Shown: piece by piece, positions 1 through 11,632 of the stretch
Numbering within the stretch: position 1 is the first letter of the stretch
How the letters are laid out: each line of letters starts with the position of its first letter
NCBI RefSeq assembly: GCF_036365525.1
Contig: NC_090393.1
Span: 22,063,804-22,127,803 of the forward strand
Reading direction: 5' to 3'
DNA: 64,000 nt
Source: Heterodontus francisci
Taxonomy: Eukaryota
The notes under the pieces: generated by a model
Told to the model about the DNA's origin: nothing
The model's input: the letters and a program-made list of their open reading frames with translations, nothing else
The model's database searches: none
Made by a program: the position numbers and the translations under genes

Positions 1-261
1 TCTCCATGGCGCATGCCTGGGCGGATGTATAGAGGTTGTGAGTTGCCCATGCGTCAAAACCTAGCTCTCGGCCTTCCTGGTGGGGGTGGGGGGGAGGAGG
101 TGCGGGGGGGGGGAGCTGGGAAGGGGGTGAGGTGGGAGGGGAAAGGGGTGCAGGGGATGAGCTGGGAAGGGGGTGCGAGGGGGAGGGGGTGCGAGGGGGG
201 AAGGTGGTGGAAGGGGGAGGCATCCGGCAGGGGTTGCGACCCTGGCGACCTAATTTCGCCC
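1..261. mobile_element. Right part of a G-rich MITE-like element (truncated by window edge)
   Basis: G-run tract at 81-225; ends in CTAATTTCGCCC, loosely like the ...AGCCC termini of other MITEs in this window. Confidence 0.35.
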
Positions 262-479
262 TCATGAAACAGATTTTGGGATTCGCATTTCCAAGGAATG
301 TGAGTGTCCACCCAGACATACTGAAACTTCAAGCTCATTACATTGTAAGTGCTATTTACAGTCTGGCTACACGAGTAAATGGTTGAGATAAGTCACTTAA
401 ACCTGGATAGATGAAAATTATTGTGTTGTCTGATTGCATCAGCTATCTCTTGACTAGTATATTCATGAAGTCATTCGAT

Positions 480-1737
480 TGTGTCTGTTTCTGTTCTTAC
501 TACCAAAGTGAATTACATCACATTTCCCCACATTATACACCATCGGCCACATCGTTGCCCGTTCCTCAACCTGCCAATATCTGTTTGCAGTCTCTTTGTG
601 TCTTCCTCACAGCTTACATTCCAACCTAGTTTTGCATTGTCAGCAAACTTAGATACATTACTCTCACTCTCTTCGTCTAAGTCATTAATATAGATTGTAA
701 GAGTTCCCAAATAATAGATTGCAGTATCTTCCTGATGACTGATGTCAGGCTAACTGGCCGATAGTTCCCCATTTTATCCCTCCCTCCTTTTCTTGAATAG
801 CTTTGTTACATTTGCTAACTTCCAATCCACTGGGATCCTTCTAGAATCTAGGTAATTTTGGAAAATCATGACCAGCACATCCACTATCTCTGCAGCTACC
901 TCTTTAGAACCCTAGGATGTAGGCCATCAGGTCCTGGGGATATGTCAGATTTTAGTCCCTTAAGTTTCTCCAATGTTTTTTCTCTGCTGATATTAATTAC
1001 CTTCAGTTGAACACTCTTATTAGCCCCTTGGTTACCCTCTATTTCTGTAATTTTTGTCTTCTACCATGAAGACAGACACAAAATATCTGTTCAACATCTC
1101 TGCCATTTCCTTGTTCCCATGATAATTTCTCCTCTCTCTGCCTCTAAGGGACCAACATTTATTTTAGTTGCTCTCCTTTTTATATACTTGTAAACGCTCT
1201 TACAATCTGTTTTCATATTCTTGGCTAGTTTACTCTCATTCTATTTTTTCCCATTTTATCAACTTTTTGGGTGTCCATTGCTGGTTTCTGAAATACTCCC
1301 AATCCTCAGACTTACTACTATTCTTTGCAACATTATAAACTTCTTATTTTAATCTAATACTATCTTTAACTTCCTTAGTAAGCCACGGATGGATCTTTCT
1401 CACTGAGTTTTTGTTTTTTTAATAGAATGTATTTTTGTTCAATGTTTGAATTGTTTCTTTAAATGTTTCCCATTGTTTATTTACTGCCATATCTTTTAGT
1501 CTATTTACCCAATAAACCTTAGCTAGCTCGCCCCTTGTACCTATGTAATTGGCTTTGTTTAAGTTCAAAATTCTTGTTTGGGACTGGACTATGTTGCTCT
1601 CAAACTTAATATGGAATTCAGTTGCATTATGAACACTTTTTCCCCAGAGGATCTTTTACTATGAGATTACTAATTAAACTTGCCTCATTGCACAATACTA
1701 GATCTAGAATAGCTTTATCCCTAGGTGATTCCACAAC
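480..1737 (-). mobile_element. Degraded CR1 LINE ORF2 fragments
   Basis: Minus ORF 513-710 has RT motif [25 protein letters not shown]; 720-1737 resembles the CR1 copies at 29000-30000 and 33900-36690. Confidence 0.85.
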
Positions 1738-2199
1738 GAAAACAAGCATGTAAGACCCATGCATGAGGCAACACCAGCAACGAATGTCCACATTGAGGCG
1801 GCCAGTTCACATGCATCTAACTCCATTCTCAGTCATGGGTGAATGTTACAATGAGATGGCAGAATGACTGCCTCACCATGCTATGCCAGTGGCATGGTGC
1901 AGCACATTTAGGGCAGAAAATGTGAGCCTGTCACAGTGGCAGACCTGGAAATGTGTGCCGCTTCTGTTAGTCATGTGGGCGGCTGGCTCACTGCAATCAC
2001 ATGTCAGGCAGCCACTTTACATAAAGGAGGCAAGGACCCAGCCAATCACACAGCGGGGGCGAGATATGAGACTCCAAATACAGCATCAGATGACTCTGGA
2101 GCAGGTCCTGGCACCATGCTTTCATTGCAGCCTTGGACAGATTTGCTGCTAGCTCTTCACAACTGAGACTGGTGTTGCAGTGATTTCTGGATCCCCACC

Positions 2200-3990
2200 C
2201 CCTGCAGATGGATCCCGTGGGATGGCAGAGGCAAGACACAGGGTGGCCCCATGGTTCGGCAATGCCTCCCTCGAGCTTCTCCTCCAGGCTGAGGAAAAGG
2301 CATTCTTCCTCAACAATGGCAAGAAGAGGACCTCCCCACTGACCAAGCAAGCCTGAATGGAGATAGTTGGGAAGGTTAGCAGCCATGGGGTCACTGCCTG
2401 GACATGGGTACCGTGCCACAAGAGAGTCAACAACCTCCTTTGTTCTGCCAAGGTGACTGCTCCACAACTCTCTCCATTTTTAGGGACTGCAAGTGGCTAC
2501 GCAGGAGGAAGCGGGACATGGTGAGAGAGGCATTGCAACTTCACAGGCAGAGGGGGTTAGGCATTACCTCATCCCGAAAGATGCCACCTTCTTACACAGC
2601 TCACCCCCATTAACTCCCCTGAGAGCAAACGGGTGCACGAGTTATGCAGGATAGCCCAATAGAGGACAAGGGGCTGACACTAGTAGAACTGTTATGTTGA
2701 TCTCTCTGCAAAGTATGACGATCACCCTCTTTCCACTTGCAGGATAAGAGGGCTTATAACAGGAGGGAGACATCATGGACTGGCGGAGGCAGCCCGGATC
2801 TTCGGCCTCTCTCTACAGATGAGGAGGAGGCATTAGAATCGGTAGGAACCCAAGGTGGCTGCTCCATATCTGATGGAGAGACTGGAGTCTCCGCGCCAGA
2901 GAATGAGGATTGTTTTCCTTCGACATACGGTTCACTTCTGGAGACCCACAGCACATATGGTTAGCATGACGAGATCTGCACAGCCTAACCTGTACATGTT
3001 TGTGTTCTCTCATGCAGGTCGGCATCCACAGGAGACTCGAGCATAAAGGGAACAGCCGTCAACCTCTGAGGAGGATCAGCAGTTAAGAGGATGCATGGCC
3101 CCATGACTCTCCTGCAGCCTCCACCAGTGCAGATACTTTCACCTTGGGGGGGTTTCTGCTGTATAATCAGGGTCACAAGCTGGTGAAAGCACCACACCAT
3201 GCGCGCCCAAGAAGCTGGCTGAAACTGAGACAGCCGAGGTCACCGATAGTTGGAGTAATGTAGGTGGCCAGTCCCGTGCTGAGCCCCAGGCTGATGATGA
3301 GCCTCTGATGTCGACAGCATAGTGCATGCTGCAGTTATAGAGAGAGGCAGGGCAACATCTGGCAGAGATGCCAGAGATAATGCACAGCCATGAGCGGACG
3401 ATGGAGGAGTCCATCCATGCCATGAGTGCTGCCATGCCTCAGGCGTGTGAGCGCATGACTTCCTCCATCGAGTGGTTTGTGACCCTCATTGAGAGCCAGA
3501 TCCCACAGATGCACAAATATCTGCACACCATCCCCTTGGCCATAAGCTCAACACAGCAGTGGCAAGGCAAGAGAAGGACGAGGTGCCTGGAGTCTTCTCA
3601 AAGTGCCATCAGAAAAGTAGCAGATGCTTCAGCAGCTGTATCAAATGCGTGAATATCTGTCAGGGTTTCCAGAGACAGTGAAGTCCCCTGCACAAACAAT
3701 GGAGGAGTCCATCCGTGACATGAGTGGCTCCATATATCTAGCATGTGAATGCATAGCATCCTCCATTGAGTGGTGACCCGCATGGAGAGATGCAAGGAGC
3801 AAAGCACCAAGTGGATGCAGGGGGTACAGACCTCATCCATGAGATCAATGGAACGATGGGTGGGCGAGATGGGCCAGTTATGCATCTCCCTGTTGCCAGG
3901 AGCTCAATCACTCCAGGGGGTGCATGTGGGGCCTGAAAGGGCAGTCAAGGGGCAGGCTGAAGGCATTGAATTTCGTATCAAGGTGCTTTG
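2200..3990 (+). pseudogene. Harbinger Myb/SANT-like (NAIF1/MSANTD-type) DNA-binding protein gene, disrupted and apparently spliced
   Basis: RVAPWFGNASLELLL...W..CHKRVNNLLCSAK then GT (~2453); after an acceptor at ~2742, DKRAYNRRETSWTGGGSPDLRPLSTDEE (xTGGG motif after the Myb-like domain); coiled-coil-like C-terminal part; in-frame stops. Confidence 0.6.
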
Positions 3991-4431
3991 ATGGATGGAG
4001 ATGGATCCTCTTCCCCTTTGACAGTGACACCAAAGCTGCATGCTCGTCTGATGACTGAGGCAGCCCCTGCACAGAGGCCGGTGGCACAAAATGTACCAGG
4101 CCCCAGTAGGGCTCGGGCACCTTGAGGATGCAGGCCACAGCCATCTAATGCACTGGAGCAGGAAAGGCAGGAGCCTGCCCCCCACATTAGCTCCACACAC
4201 AGTGGGAGCACCCATAGAAGTGTCCGTAAGTGAATGGGTAAATGCATGGAATAGCACTTGGGGTTTCACTGGGTGATAATACTTTGTGAACTGCAGAAGT
4301 ATTTAATGTTTAATGAGAGTTAAAGGTCTTGACATGCAATGTAGCAATACTCGTGTTTCTATTTTGTGCAATAGTTGACAGTGACCAGATGTGAAATCAA
4401 ATAGATGGATAGTATGTAACGATGAGCGCCG

Positions 4432-4580
4432 TTTTATTAATTTCATGGGATGAGGCCGTCACTGGCAAGGCCAGCATTTGTTGCCCATCATAATTTCCCT
4501 TGAGCACGTGGTGAGCTGCCTGCTCGAACCACTGCAGTCCATTAGGTGTGGGTACACCCACTGTGCTATTAGGGAGGGAG
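4432..4580 (-). mobile_element. CR1-type 3' tail fragment inside the Harbinger relic
   Basis: Similar to 34180-34310 (GGCCAGCATTTRTTGCCCATC..TAATTKCCCTTGAG). Confidence 0.6.
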
Positions 4581-4759
4581 CCTGTTTGACAGAAGGCCTT
4601 GGCATATAACGCTGATAGGCACAGAGATGCGAAGGGTTTCTGATGAAAGACCAGCAAGGCCGCCTCTAGGAGAAAACTTCTTGGTTTGGTGGTCCTTTGC
4701 ACTTATCATGTGAAGCCTCTGCTGATCAGAGAGTTGCTAATCTCCCTGCCACATGTCAC

Positions 4760-5700
4760 TGTCCTGTGAACTGGGCCCCAGCATGCCATTTTCATCAGCT
4801 GGCACCTGTTGAGGTGCCTCATGTTTATCTTCCTCCAGAGAACGTGGCTTGCTCAATGTGTTCCTTTGGCTCCAGCACTACTTTGCTCTGGTTGTGCAAA
4901 GTGCAGCAGACAACAATATTGTGGGATACCCTTGAAGGTCCATTGCAGGGCCCCCCCAGATCTATCAAGGCATCTAAACTTAGATGGCCTATTTGATGGT
5001 GGCCTTTGTAGTCATATGGCAGCAGTTGTATATGTTCTCTGCCTGTGTGTTGGAGTTGCGAACAAGGGACAGAAGCTGTGACTTCAGTGGATACCCCTTG
5101 TCCCCCAGGATCCAGCCATTTTCAGGTGGCCTCATGAGCTGAGCCATTTGGGACTATCTAAGGATGTAGGAGTTGTGACAGTTTCCTCAAACCTCACACA
5201 CACCTGCATAATCTGCTTATTGTGGTCACAGGCAACATTAAGCAAGTGAAAGCCCTTCCTGTTCACAAAGGTGCCTGGCTGCTCTGAGAGAGCCTTGGTG
5301 GCCACATGAGTACTGTCAATGACCCCCTGCACCTGGGGGAATCCAGCCATGGCCCCGAAGCCAGTTGGCCTGATTGGTTGTGAACTTGATATATTGTCCA
5401 GCCCGACCGTACGTGGCACCCATGACCTCCTTTTATGAAGTGATGAGCCACTGACTGAAAAATGCCACCTAAATCTCCAGATAATCCCTGGAATGAACCA
5501 CTGGTGGAAAAGTTGAGTGTCAATGTCACTTTTAAGGCTACAGGCATTAGGTATATGCAACTTCCCATTGGCATCAACTAATGCTACAGCATGCTGCACA
5601 ACTCTGCCACCATCTCCCTGGAGAGACACAGTTCTCAAAGACATTGATGCTCAGACATCTGCATGAAGCTGAGCCTCTAACAGTACACCCTTTGAGTTGG
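4760..5700 (-). pseudogene. HARBI1-like DDE transposase remnant
   Basis: ORF 5132-5644 contains GFPQVQGVIDSTHV...FVNRKGFHLLNVACD (Harbinger GxIDxTH / NRKG signature); ORF 5263-5577 gives ALKVTLTLNFSTSGSFQ; frameshifted. Confidence 0.85.
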
Positions 5701-6329
5701 CGACCATGAGATTGCCCTCTTGCCCCCATGGTCCTCCTCATCCAATGGCTTCCTCAAGCCACTGGAGCACCCCTGGCTGCTACACAGTCACTCCATGTGG
5801 CTGCATCTCCATCTCTGTGCCACTTTGCTGCTGACTGAAAGACTCAAAATCTCGTAGCATTCACCCCATAGCCACTTGAAGCCTTCACTGCAATGAGGCT
5901 CTCCAGAACCTTGCCCTACCTCCAGTGGCTGCTGTGGAACTGGGAGGCAACTTTCAATAAGCAGCACTTCAGGTTGGCCTCACTCTCTGCAGTGCCTCCA
6001 AACTTGATAGCATTGCTTCCTGAAGATAGTGTACAGACAGCTTCACAGTATAGCTGCCAGTTACATCCACAACTCAACTGGCGATCAGATCTTGCCTCGT
6101 TTGAGTAGGCAAGACTCCAAGCCTCTGTGTGCTGTTGATAAAATCAGAAAAAGGTAGGAAGATGCCTGACGATTGGCTGTTTAATGACCTTAATAACCTA
6201 CCTGCCGCCAATCTGTCAGCCACTGATCTGTCCCACTGCCCACATCTGGTAAAATTGGTCAGCAGCGGGAAGATGTCAAGGAGCCGAACGCCATTTTACC
6301 GCCTCCATGGGGCTGGTAAATTCCCGTCC

Positions 6330-6716
6330 AACACTCTCGCCAGATGCTGCCTAACCTGCTAAGTATTTTCAGCATTTTCTGTTTTTGTTTCAGGTTTCCA
6401 GCATCTGCAGTATTTTGCTTTTTAAAAGAATTTTGGGGAAATGTGTTTGACGAAAGTGAATCACAAGTTGCAAGTGAGGAGGAACTCGGTATGAGCTGGC
6501 AGGAGTGGAAAACACAAATTTCTGGGCCAGGCTGTAACACCAGCTGTTATTCTGGGTCTTTCCCAGGAGTTGATCCAGAGGCAAAAGGCATCATCCATAC
6601 CTTTTGATAAAATAACAGCAAAAGACTGCAAATACTCAGCAGGTCAGGCAGCATCTGTGGAGAGAGAAGCAGAGTTAACATTTCTGATGAAAGGTTACTG
6701 ACCTGCGACATTAATA
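6330..6716. repeat. Inverted pair of short Penelope-like repeats (6330-6425 +, 6608-6716 -)
   Basis: CAGATGCTGCC.AACCTGCT.AGTATTT motif on both strands, the same family as 46689-46791 and 54681-54783. Confidence 0.6.
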
Positions 6717-7117
6717 CCTTTGAGTTCCCCTTTGAACAGCCATAGAACCGCCTGCAGCGGTGAACCACTAACGGCACTTAAATTCTACAGAGAGTGTAAA
6801 AGAATGTAGGATACAGTGGGGCAAGTGACATTGGTCACTCTGAAGAAAAAGCTCGAATGAATGATAAATGCGTGCTGATATTTCCCTATTGTTCTCAGCT
6901 GAAGGCTGTAATACATTGCCCCATCACAGGTACAAACACAGTGGATGCTTTGCCTGACCCCAGTTTACCGCTGTAAACACCAGCCTTCAAAATTTGGCGG
7001 ATAACGTCAATTTCGTTTTATTTACCCACATGAACTAAATGGTATTTCAAACATCTCGCACCTCCGCTGCTCCTTCAGCTTCGCGCCTGCGTGATGCGCT
7101 CACTGCCCGCGAAGGGT

Positions 7118-7134
7118 CATGGGATCTGTAGTTT
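7118..7134 (-). promoter_or_regulatory. ZNF143/THAP11 (ACTACAnnTCCCA) promoter motif
   Basis: Reverse complement reads AAACTACAGATCCCATG; a CRE-like TGACGTC follows at 7150-7156. Confidence 0.7.
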
Positions 7135-7157
7135 CTCTGTTCTGTTCAGTGACGTCC

Positions 7158-7300
7158 GCGGGCACGCCGCCGGATGTGGCGGTTGCTAAGGCGTCGCTCC
7201 GCCCACTTCAGCGGGCACTCGCCGGATGTGGCGGTTGCTAAGGCGTCGCTCCGCCCACTTCAGCGGGTAGTCCGCCGGATGTGGCGGTTGCTAAGGCACC
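7158..7300 (+). repeat. ~52-bp tandem repeat (2.7 copies); each unit has ETS-like CCGGATGT and an RFX X-box (GTTGCTAAGGC), and the two full units also have a GC box
   Basis: Units start at 7158, 7211 and 7263; X-boxes at 7182, 7234 and 7287; third reads GGTGCCTTAGCAAC on the minus strand versus consensus GTTGCCNTAGCAAC. Confidence 0.85.
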
Positions 7301-7312
7301 GCTAGAGCCGCC

Positions 7313-7618
7313 ATGGCGTCGGATGGTGAGGGTGCGTTGTTGTCGCTGCATTATGAAGTGTTTGGGAAGGTGCAGGGAGTGTTCTTCCGGAAACATACGC
7401 AGAAAGAAGCCAAGCGGCTGGGCCTGACGGGCTGGGTGCAGAATACGGTGCAGGGGACAGTGAAGGGCCAGCTGCAAGGAGCCGAAGAGCGGGTGCGGGC
7501 CATGCAGACCTGGCTCCGCAACACCGGCAGCCCCAAGTCCCAGATAGAAAGAGTCGAGTTCACCAACCAGAAGCGAATCCAGCAGCGGGAATACTCAGAC
7601 TTCCAGATCATCAAATAA
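7313..7618 (+). CDS. ACYP1: Acylphosphatase-1, single coding exon, 101 aa
   Basis: Kozak GCCGCCATGG; VFGKVQGVFFRKHTQ phosphate loop with catalytic Arg; GWVQNT with catalytic Asn; GSPKS; C-terminal YSDFQIIK resembles ACYP1 (YSDFQIVK) more than ACYP2. Confidence 0.95.
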   Translation: MASDGEGALLSLHYEVFGKVQGVFFRKHTQKEAKRLGLTGWVQNTVQGTVKGQLQGAEERVRAMQTWLRNTGSPKSQIERVEFTNQKRIQQREYSDFQIIK

Positions 7619-7740
7619 CCGGCGGCGGCATCATCGACTGCTGGACAGCCAGCGGCCAGGAACCCGCGTCGCCTCGCGTTTGTCCCGGCTCCGCTTCCTC
7701 GGTGGGTGGATACATGCAGACTCTCGGGAGCAATGGAGGG

Positions 7741-7749
7741 AAGGTGAGC
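7741..7749 (+). promoter_or_regulatory. Candidate 5' splice donor AAG|GTGAGC (exon end 7743)
   Basis: Near-consensus donor at the 3' side of the CpG island, 125 nt after the ACYP1 stop. Confidence 0.6.
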
Positions 7750-8335
7750 GTTTCCATGGGCTTCCCATCCCGTTCCGGTTGTTCTTTGCTCTTTAAACTG
7801 CTGCTCTTTCGGCTCGGTTCCCCTGTTTTGAATCTGATTCCACTCCGCCACCTGGGTTATTTATATTGAATGGAACTCGTTTGGAAACAATCCACCCACC
7901 ACCACCTGAACCAGTGGATTATCTCTGTCTCCAAAGTTTGTTTTCCTATGGATGTTAAGGATCTAATGTTGCAGTGATTCTTAGAGTTACATGTTGATGT
8001 TTTGTGTTACCAAATTGTATTTCAAGCAGGTTCCAATTATGTGTTTAATGTTCACGTTGTATCCCTGTTCTTGAGTTTGTTTCTTTTGGGATTAGTGGAA
8101 TCGCCGTCCAACTGTCGGTACCAGCTTTTGACTAATTTGGACAGATCCTGCATCGAGACTTCCCGTCAGCAAGTCAAAGGAACCTTGACTATTTATTGCA
8201 AGATTTGTGTTTGTTTGAATTGTCACATAGGTAGAATGTTTCTTCCACATGGACGCCACATTTCAGCTTTTGCATGACTTCAATGTGAAAAGATTCAGCT
8301 CGAATATAAATATTGATGTAAAATAACATTTAGAT

Positions 8336-8341
8336 AATAAA
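8336..8341 (+). terminator. Candidate poly(A) signal for unspliced ACYP1 mRNA
   Basis: First AATAAA noticed downstream of the CDS; further AATAAA near 8867 and 8982. Confidence 0.4.
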
Positions 8342-8359
8342 TTGTCCAAGGCTAGAGTG

Positions 8360-8720
8360 CCAGCTTCGCTCAGTTGAAAACTCTTGCATCTTAAGTGTGT
8401 TGCAAGGCGAGTACTTGGCACCACATGTAGTTGGTGCAGTAAATGTGAGTGTTAATATTAAGAGTAAATCTGAATGTTACTATATTGGAAGTGCTGTTCT
8501 CAGGACGAGATGTTATGCCAAGGCACCATCTCCCTGTTCCAACACTTCAGGTGGATGTCAATACATCCTATGGCACTAATTCACTGAGGACTACAAGGAG
8601 TTCTGGTATCATAGCTAATATTCCTCCCTAGTTGAACTGATCATCCAATTTCTGTTAGTGATGAATTGCTATGTGCAGAATTGTTGTTGTTTATTCATGG
8701 AACAGCAATCACTCCACGTC
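8360..8720 (+). mobile_element. Old DeuSINE/SacSINE1-like SINE
   Basis: Degenerate reverse-complement similarity to 49670-50040 and 56645-57085. Confidence 0.45.
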
Positions 8721-9369
8721 AAATTATTCAGTTTGAAACACTGAGTAATGCTCCAGATCAAATATTCATTTGGGTCTGTGGCAATTAGAATACCCCTGTT
8801 TAGCAAAGTTTTCTGTGAAGTTTAACAGTGTAACAAAAACTGATTTAGCAAAGTTAACTTTTTTGAAATAAAATGATTCTGCATTAAACATTCTCAAACT
8901 TAATATTTCTATGTGCTTGAGTCATTTGTGTGTCTGAAGCAAGAGTTCTGCTGGGAGAACTTTCTGCTGCACCGAACAGGAAATAAAATGTCATTACGGT
9001 TTGAAAGTTCCTGGACTAGAGGCTAATTTTCAGAAATAACCTGTAAATGACCTCTCAGTCACAAGGGTGCATTTGCAGGTGATAGTCTAAGACTAGGGTT
9101 ACAGCTCTGGCTGCTAACTGAGTTCTGAGAATTTTATGAGAGAACTTTCAACTTGAATGTCAGTTTTACCTCCAGAAAAGTGTTTAAGGCACTGAAAGTT
9201 TGGTCTTGATCTCTCACACCTGTTCCATGCACAGAATTTGCCTATTGCCATTTTGTATCAGGTGGCCATTGTGCCTGCCTGAAATTGGCTGATGTCCATC
9301 TAAATATTTTAAGTAGGGTTCCGTGCTTATTTTATGGCTCAAAAACCTTTTCATCTCTAAATCTGCCCT

Positions 9370-11632
9370 GGTCCTGAACTCATCTTTCCTTAGTTTCTCT
9401 CCTGTCTGCCCTCTGTAAACTCGTCTTGTCCATAAGACGCACCTCCTGCTGTTCGACCCTATTCCCAATAAACTGCTGGCCACCCAACTTTGCTTCCTGG
9501 CTCCCGTGTTATCTGATGTTATTGGTTCTCTTCTCTAGTACTGTTCCCCTCTCTTTCAAATCTGCATTATCACCCCTATCAAAAAGCCATTAAAACTGCT
9601 GCCCCATCTCCAACTTTCCTCTCCTCCCGAATGTCCTCAAACATGTTGTCACCCTCCAAATCTGTGTCCATCTTTCACGGAATGTCATGTTTGAATCCCT
9701 CCAGTCAGCTTTCCGCCCCACCGCAGTACAAAAACGGCCTTACCAAAGTAACACATGACATCCTATGTGACTGTCAATGGTAAACTATTGTTCTTCGACC
9801 GGTTTGCTGCCTTTGACGTGCTTCATCACACCATTTTCTTCCAGTGTCTCCCATTGTCATCCAGCAGGGTAGTACTGCACTTGCCTGGTTCCATTCTTAC
9901 CTATCCAGTGGTATCAGAGATTCACTTGGAATGGTTTTTATTCTCGCTCTTGCAATGTTACCTCTGGTGTTCCCCAAATATCTATCCATGGCCCCCTCCT
10001 ATTTCTCATCTACATGCTGGCACTCAGTGACATCATCCAAAAACACAACTTTAACTTTAAAAAGAGCAGATTTCAGTTAGGTGTGGGGTTTCAAGTCTTA
10101 AAAACCAAATTCTGGAACTAAACCTACCTCCAACCCACCCTCTTGCAGCTTTACCTGAGGCCGAAAGGGGCTGGGCAGCCAACCCGCTCCAAGGAGGCAG
10201 GTTGATACTTTAGTCAAAACAATGAGGCTGCAAGCCTCAGCGTCATTCAGCTTTTCGACTTTAACTCTGGTTATGTCCAGGTGAAGACTTGGCATATCCA
10301 GGAGGTTAGTGCCTGCCTGAAGAACCCCCATGATCGGGCACTCCAGCCCCCACTGACTTTGATCACCAGGACTCTGATCAATTTTCACACCTCTCCTGAT
10401 TCTCCCCATTCTTAGCCTCCAATATTCCCTTTGCACCACCATCACCCCCACGACCTTCCCTGGCCACTAGGACCCCTGGATTGGCAGCCCATTCAATCCA
10501 CTGCTACTGCAAACCCGCCCCCCCCCCCCCCACCGGCCCAGCCCAGCCCAGCGATCAAACATCCCAGGCCCTGGATTGCCTTCAGGAACCGATCGAGACA
10601 TCACTCGCATGCTTTGGCTCAAAAGTCCACAGCATGTGGGGGAATTCCAGATTCCTTGTGCCTTTTGGACCCCCCACCCCCACCATTGTTCCTAGCTGGT
10701 CAGGTAAGTAAGAATTCAGCCCACAGTTTGTTTCCCCAGGTATGCTGTTGACACCCAGCTCTACCCACTGTCTCTAAACCGCCAGATTGCTTATTCGACA
10801 TCACGTATTGGAGGAGCAGAAATTTCCTCCAACTAAATATTGGGAAGATAGACGCCATTACCTTCACTTCTTGCCACAAACCCTTCCTCAGCCACCAACT
10901 CCATCCTTCTCCCTGACAACTGTCTCAGGATAAACCAGATTGTTCGCAACCTAGGTATCATATTTGACTCTAAGACAAGCTTCCAATAACATATCCACAT
11001 CACTAAGACTGCATATTTCTGCCTCTAGCACCAACCAACTCCGCCCCTCCCTCAGCTCATCTGCTGCCAAAACCCTCATCCATGCCTTTGTTACCTCTAG
11101 ACCTGATTATTGCAACACACTCCTGGTCGGCCTCCCACAGTTTACCCTCCGTAAACTTGAGGTCATTTAAAACTCTGCTACCATGTCCTAATTTCCACCA
11201 AGTCCTGTTCACCCATCGTCCATGTACTCGCTGATCCACATTTGCTCCTGATTAAGCAATTAAAATTCTCACCCTTGTTTTCAAATCTCCTTAGACTCGT
11301 CCCTCCCGAGCACTGTAATCTTCTACAGTCCTACAACTCTCTGAGATATCTGCACTCCTCTAATTGTGGCCTCTTGAGCAGCCCTGATTTTAACCATTGG
11401 CAGCCGTGCTTTCAGCTGCCAAGACCCTAAAATCTGGAATTCCCTCCCTGAACCTCTCTGCCTCTTATCCTCTCTTTCCTGCTTAAAGATGCTCCTTAAA
11501 GCCTACCACTTTGACCAAGTTTTTGATCGTCTGCCCTATTATACCCTACGTGACTCAGAGTCAAATTTATAATGCTCATGGGCAGTGCCTTGGGACATTT
11601 TACTATGTTAAAGGTGCTATATGAATACAATT
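9370..11632 (+). mobile_element. L2 LINE 3' portion, interrupted by a MITE at 10048-10722
   Basis: Fragments FAAFDVLHHTI, STALAWFHSYLS, SSAAKTLIHAFVTSRPDYCNTLLVGLP; L2-type 3' end CCTTGGGACATTTTACTATGTTAAAGGTGCTATAT. Confidence 0.85.
10048..10722. mobile_element. Harbinger-type MITE remnant with internal poly-C
   Basis: Interrupts L2; right end TAAGAATTCAGCCC; ACA on both sides (possible 3-bp TSD); left TIR not recognisable. Confidence 0.5.

Larger units (their letters stand above)
1745..6329. mobile_element. Decayed PIF/Harbinger DNA transposon (convergent Myb/SANT-like gene and DDE transposase)
   Basis: Two convergent degraded genes typical of Harbinger; right TIR-like GTAAATTCCCGTCC at 6316-6329 matches the MITE terminus GTAAAATCCAGCCC at 11/14; left end not located. 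Confidence 0.75.
7055..7850 (+). promoter_or_regulatory. CpG-island promoter / first-exon region
   Basis: Clear local CpG and GC enrichment against a CpG-depleted background; carries several TF motifs. Confidence 0.85.

Noticed and set aside
7616-7743. Stop-codon read-through fusing ACYP1 to TMEM17 (frame stays open from TAA to the donor)
   Set aside because: TAA-CCG is not a known read-through context, and the phase-2 junction is out of frame with TMEM17 at the acceptors examined (14721, 14744, 14785, 14798)
7351-7851. 166-aa antisense ORF overlapping ACYP1
   Set aside because: Starts at GTG, lies in a GC-rich island where stops are rare, and has no recognisable domain
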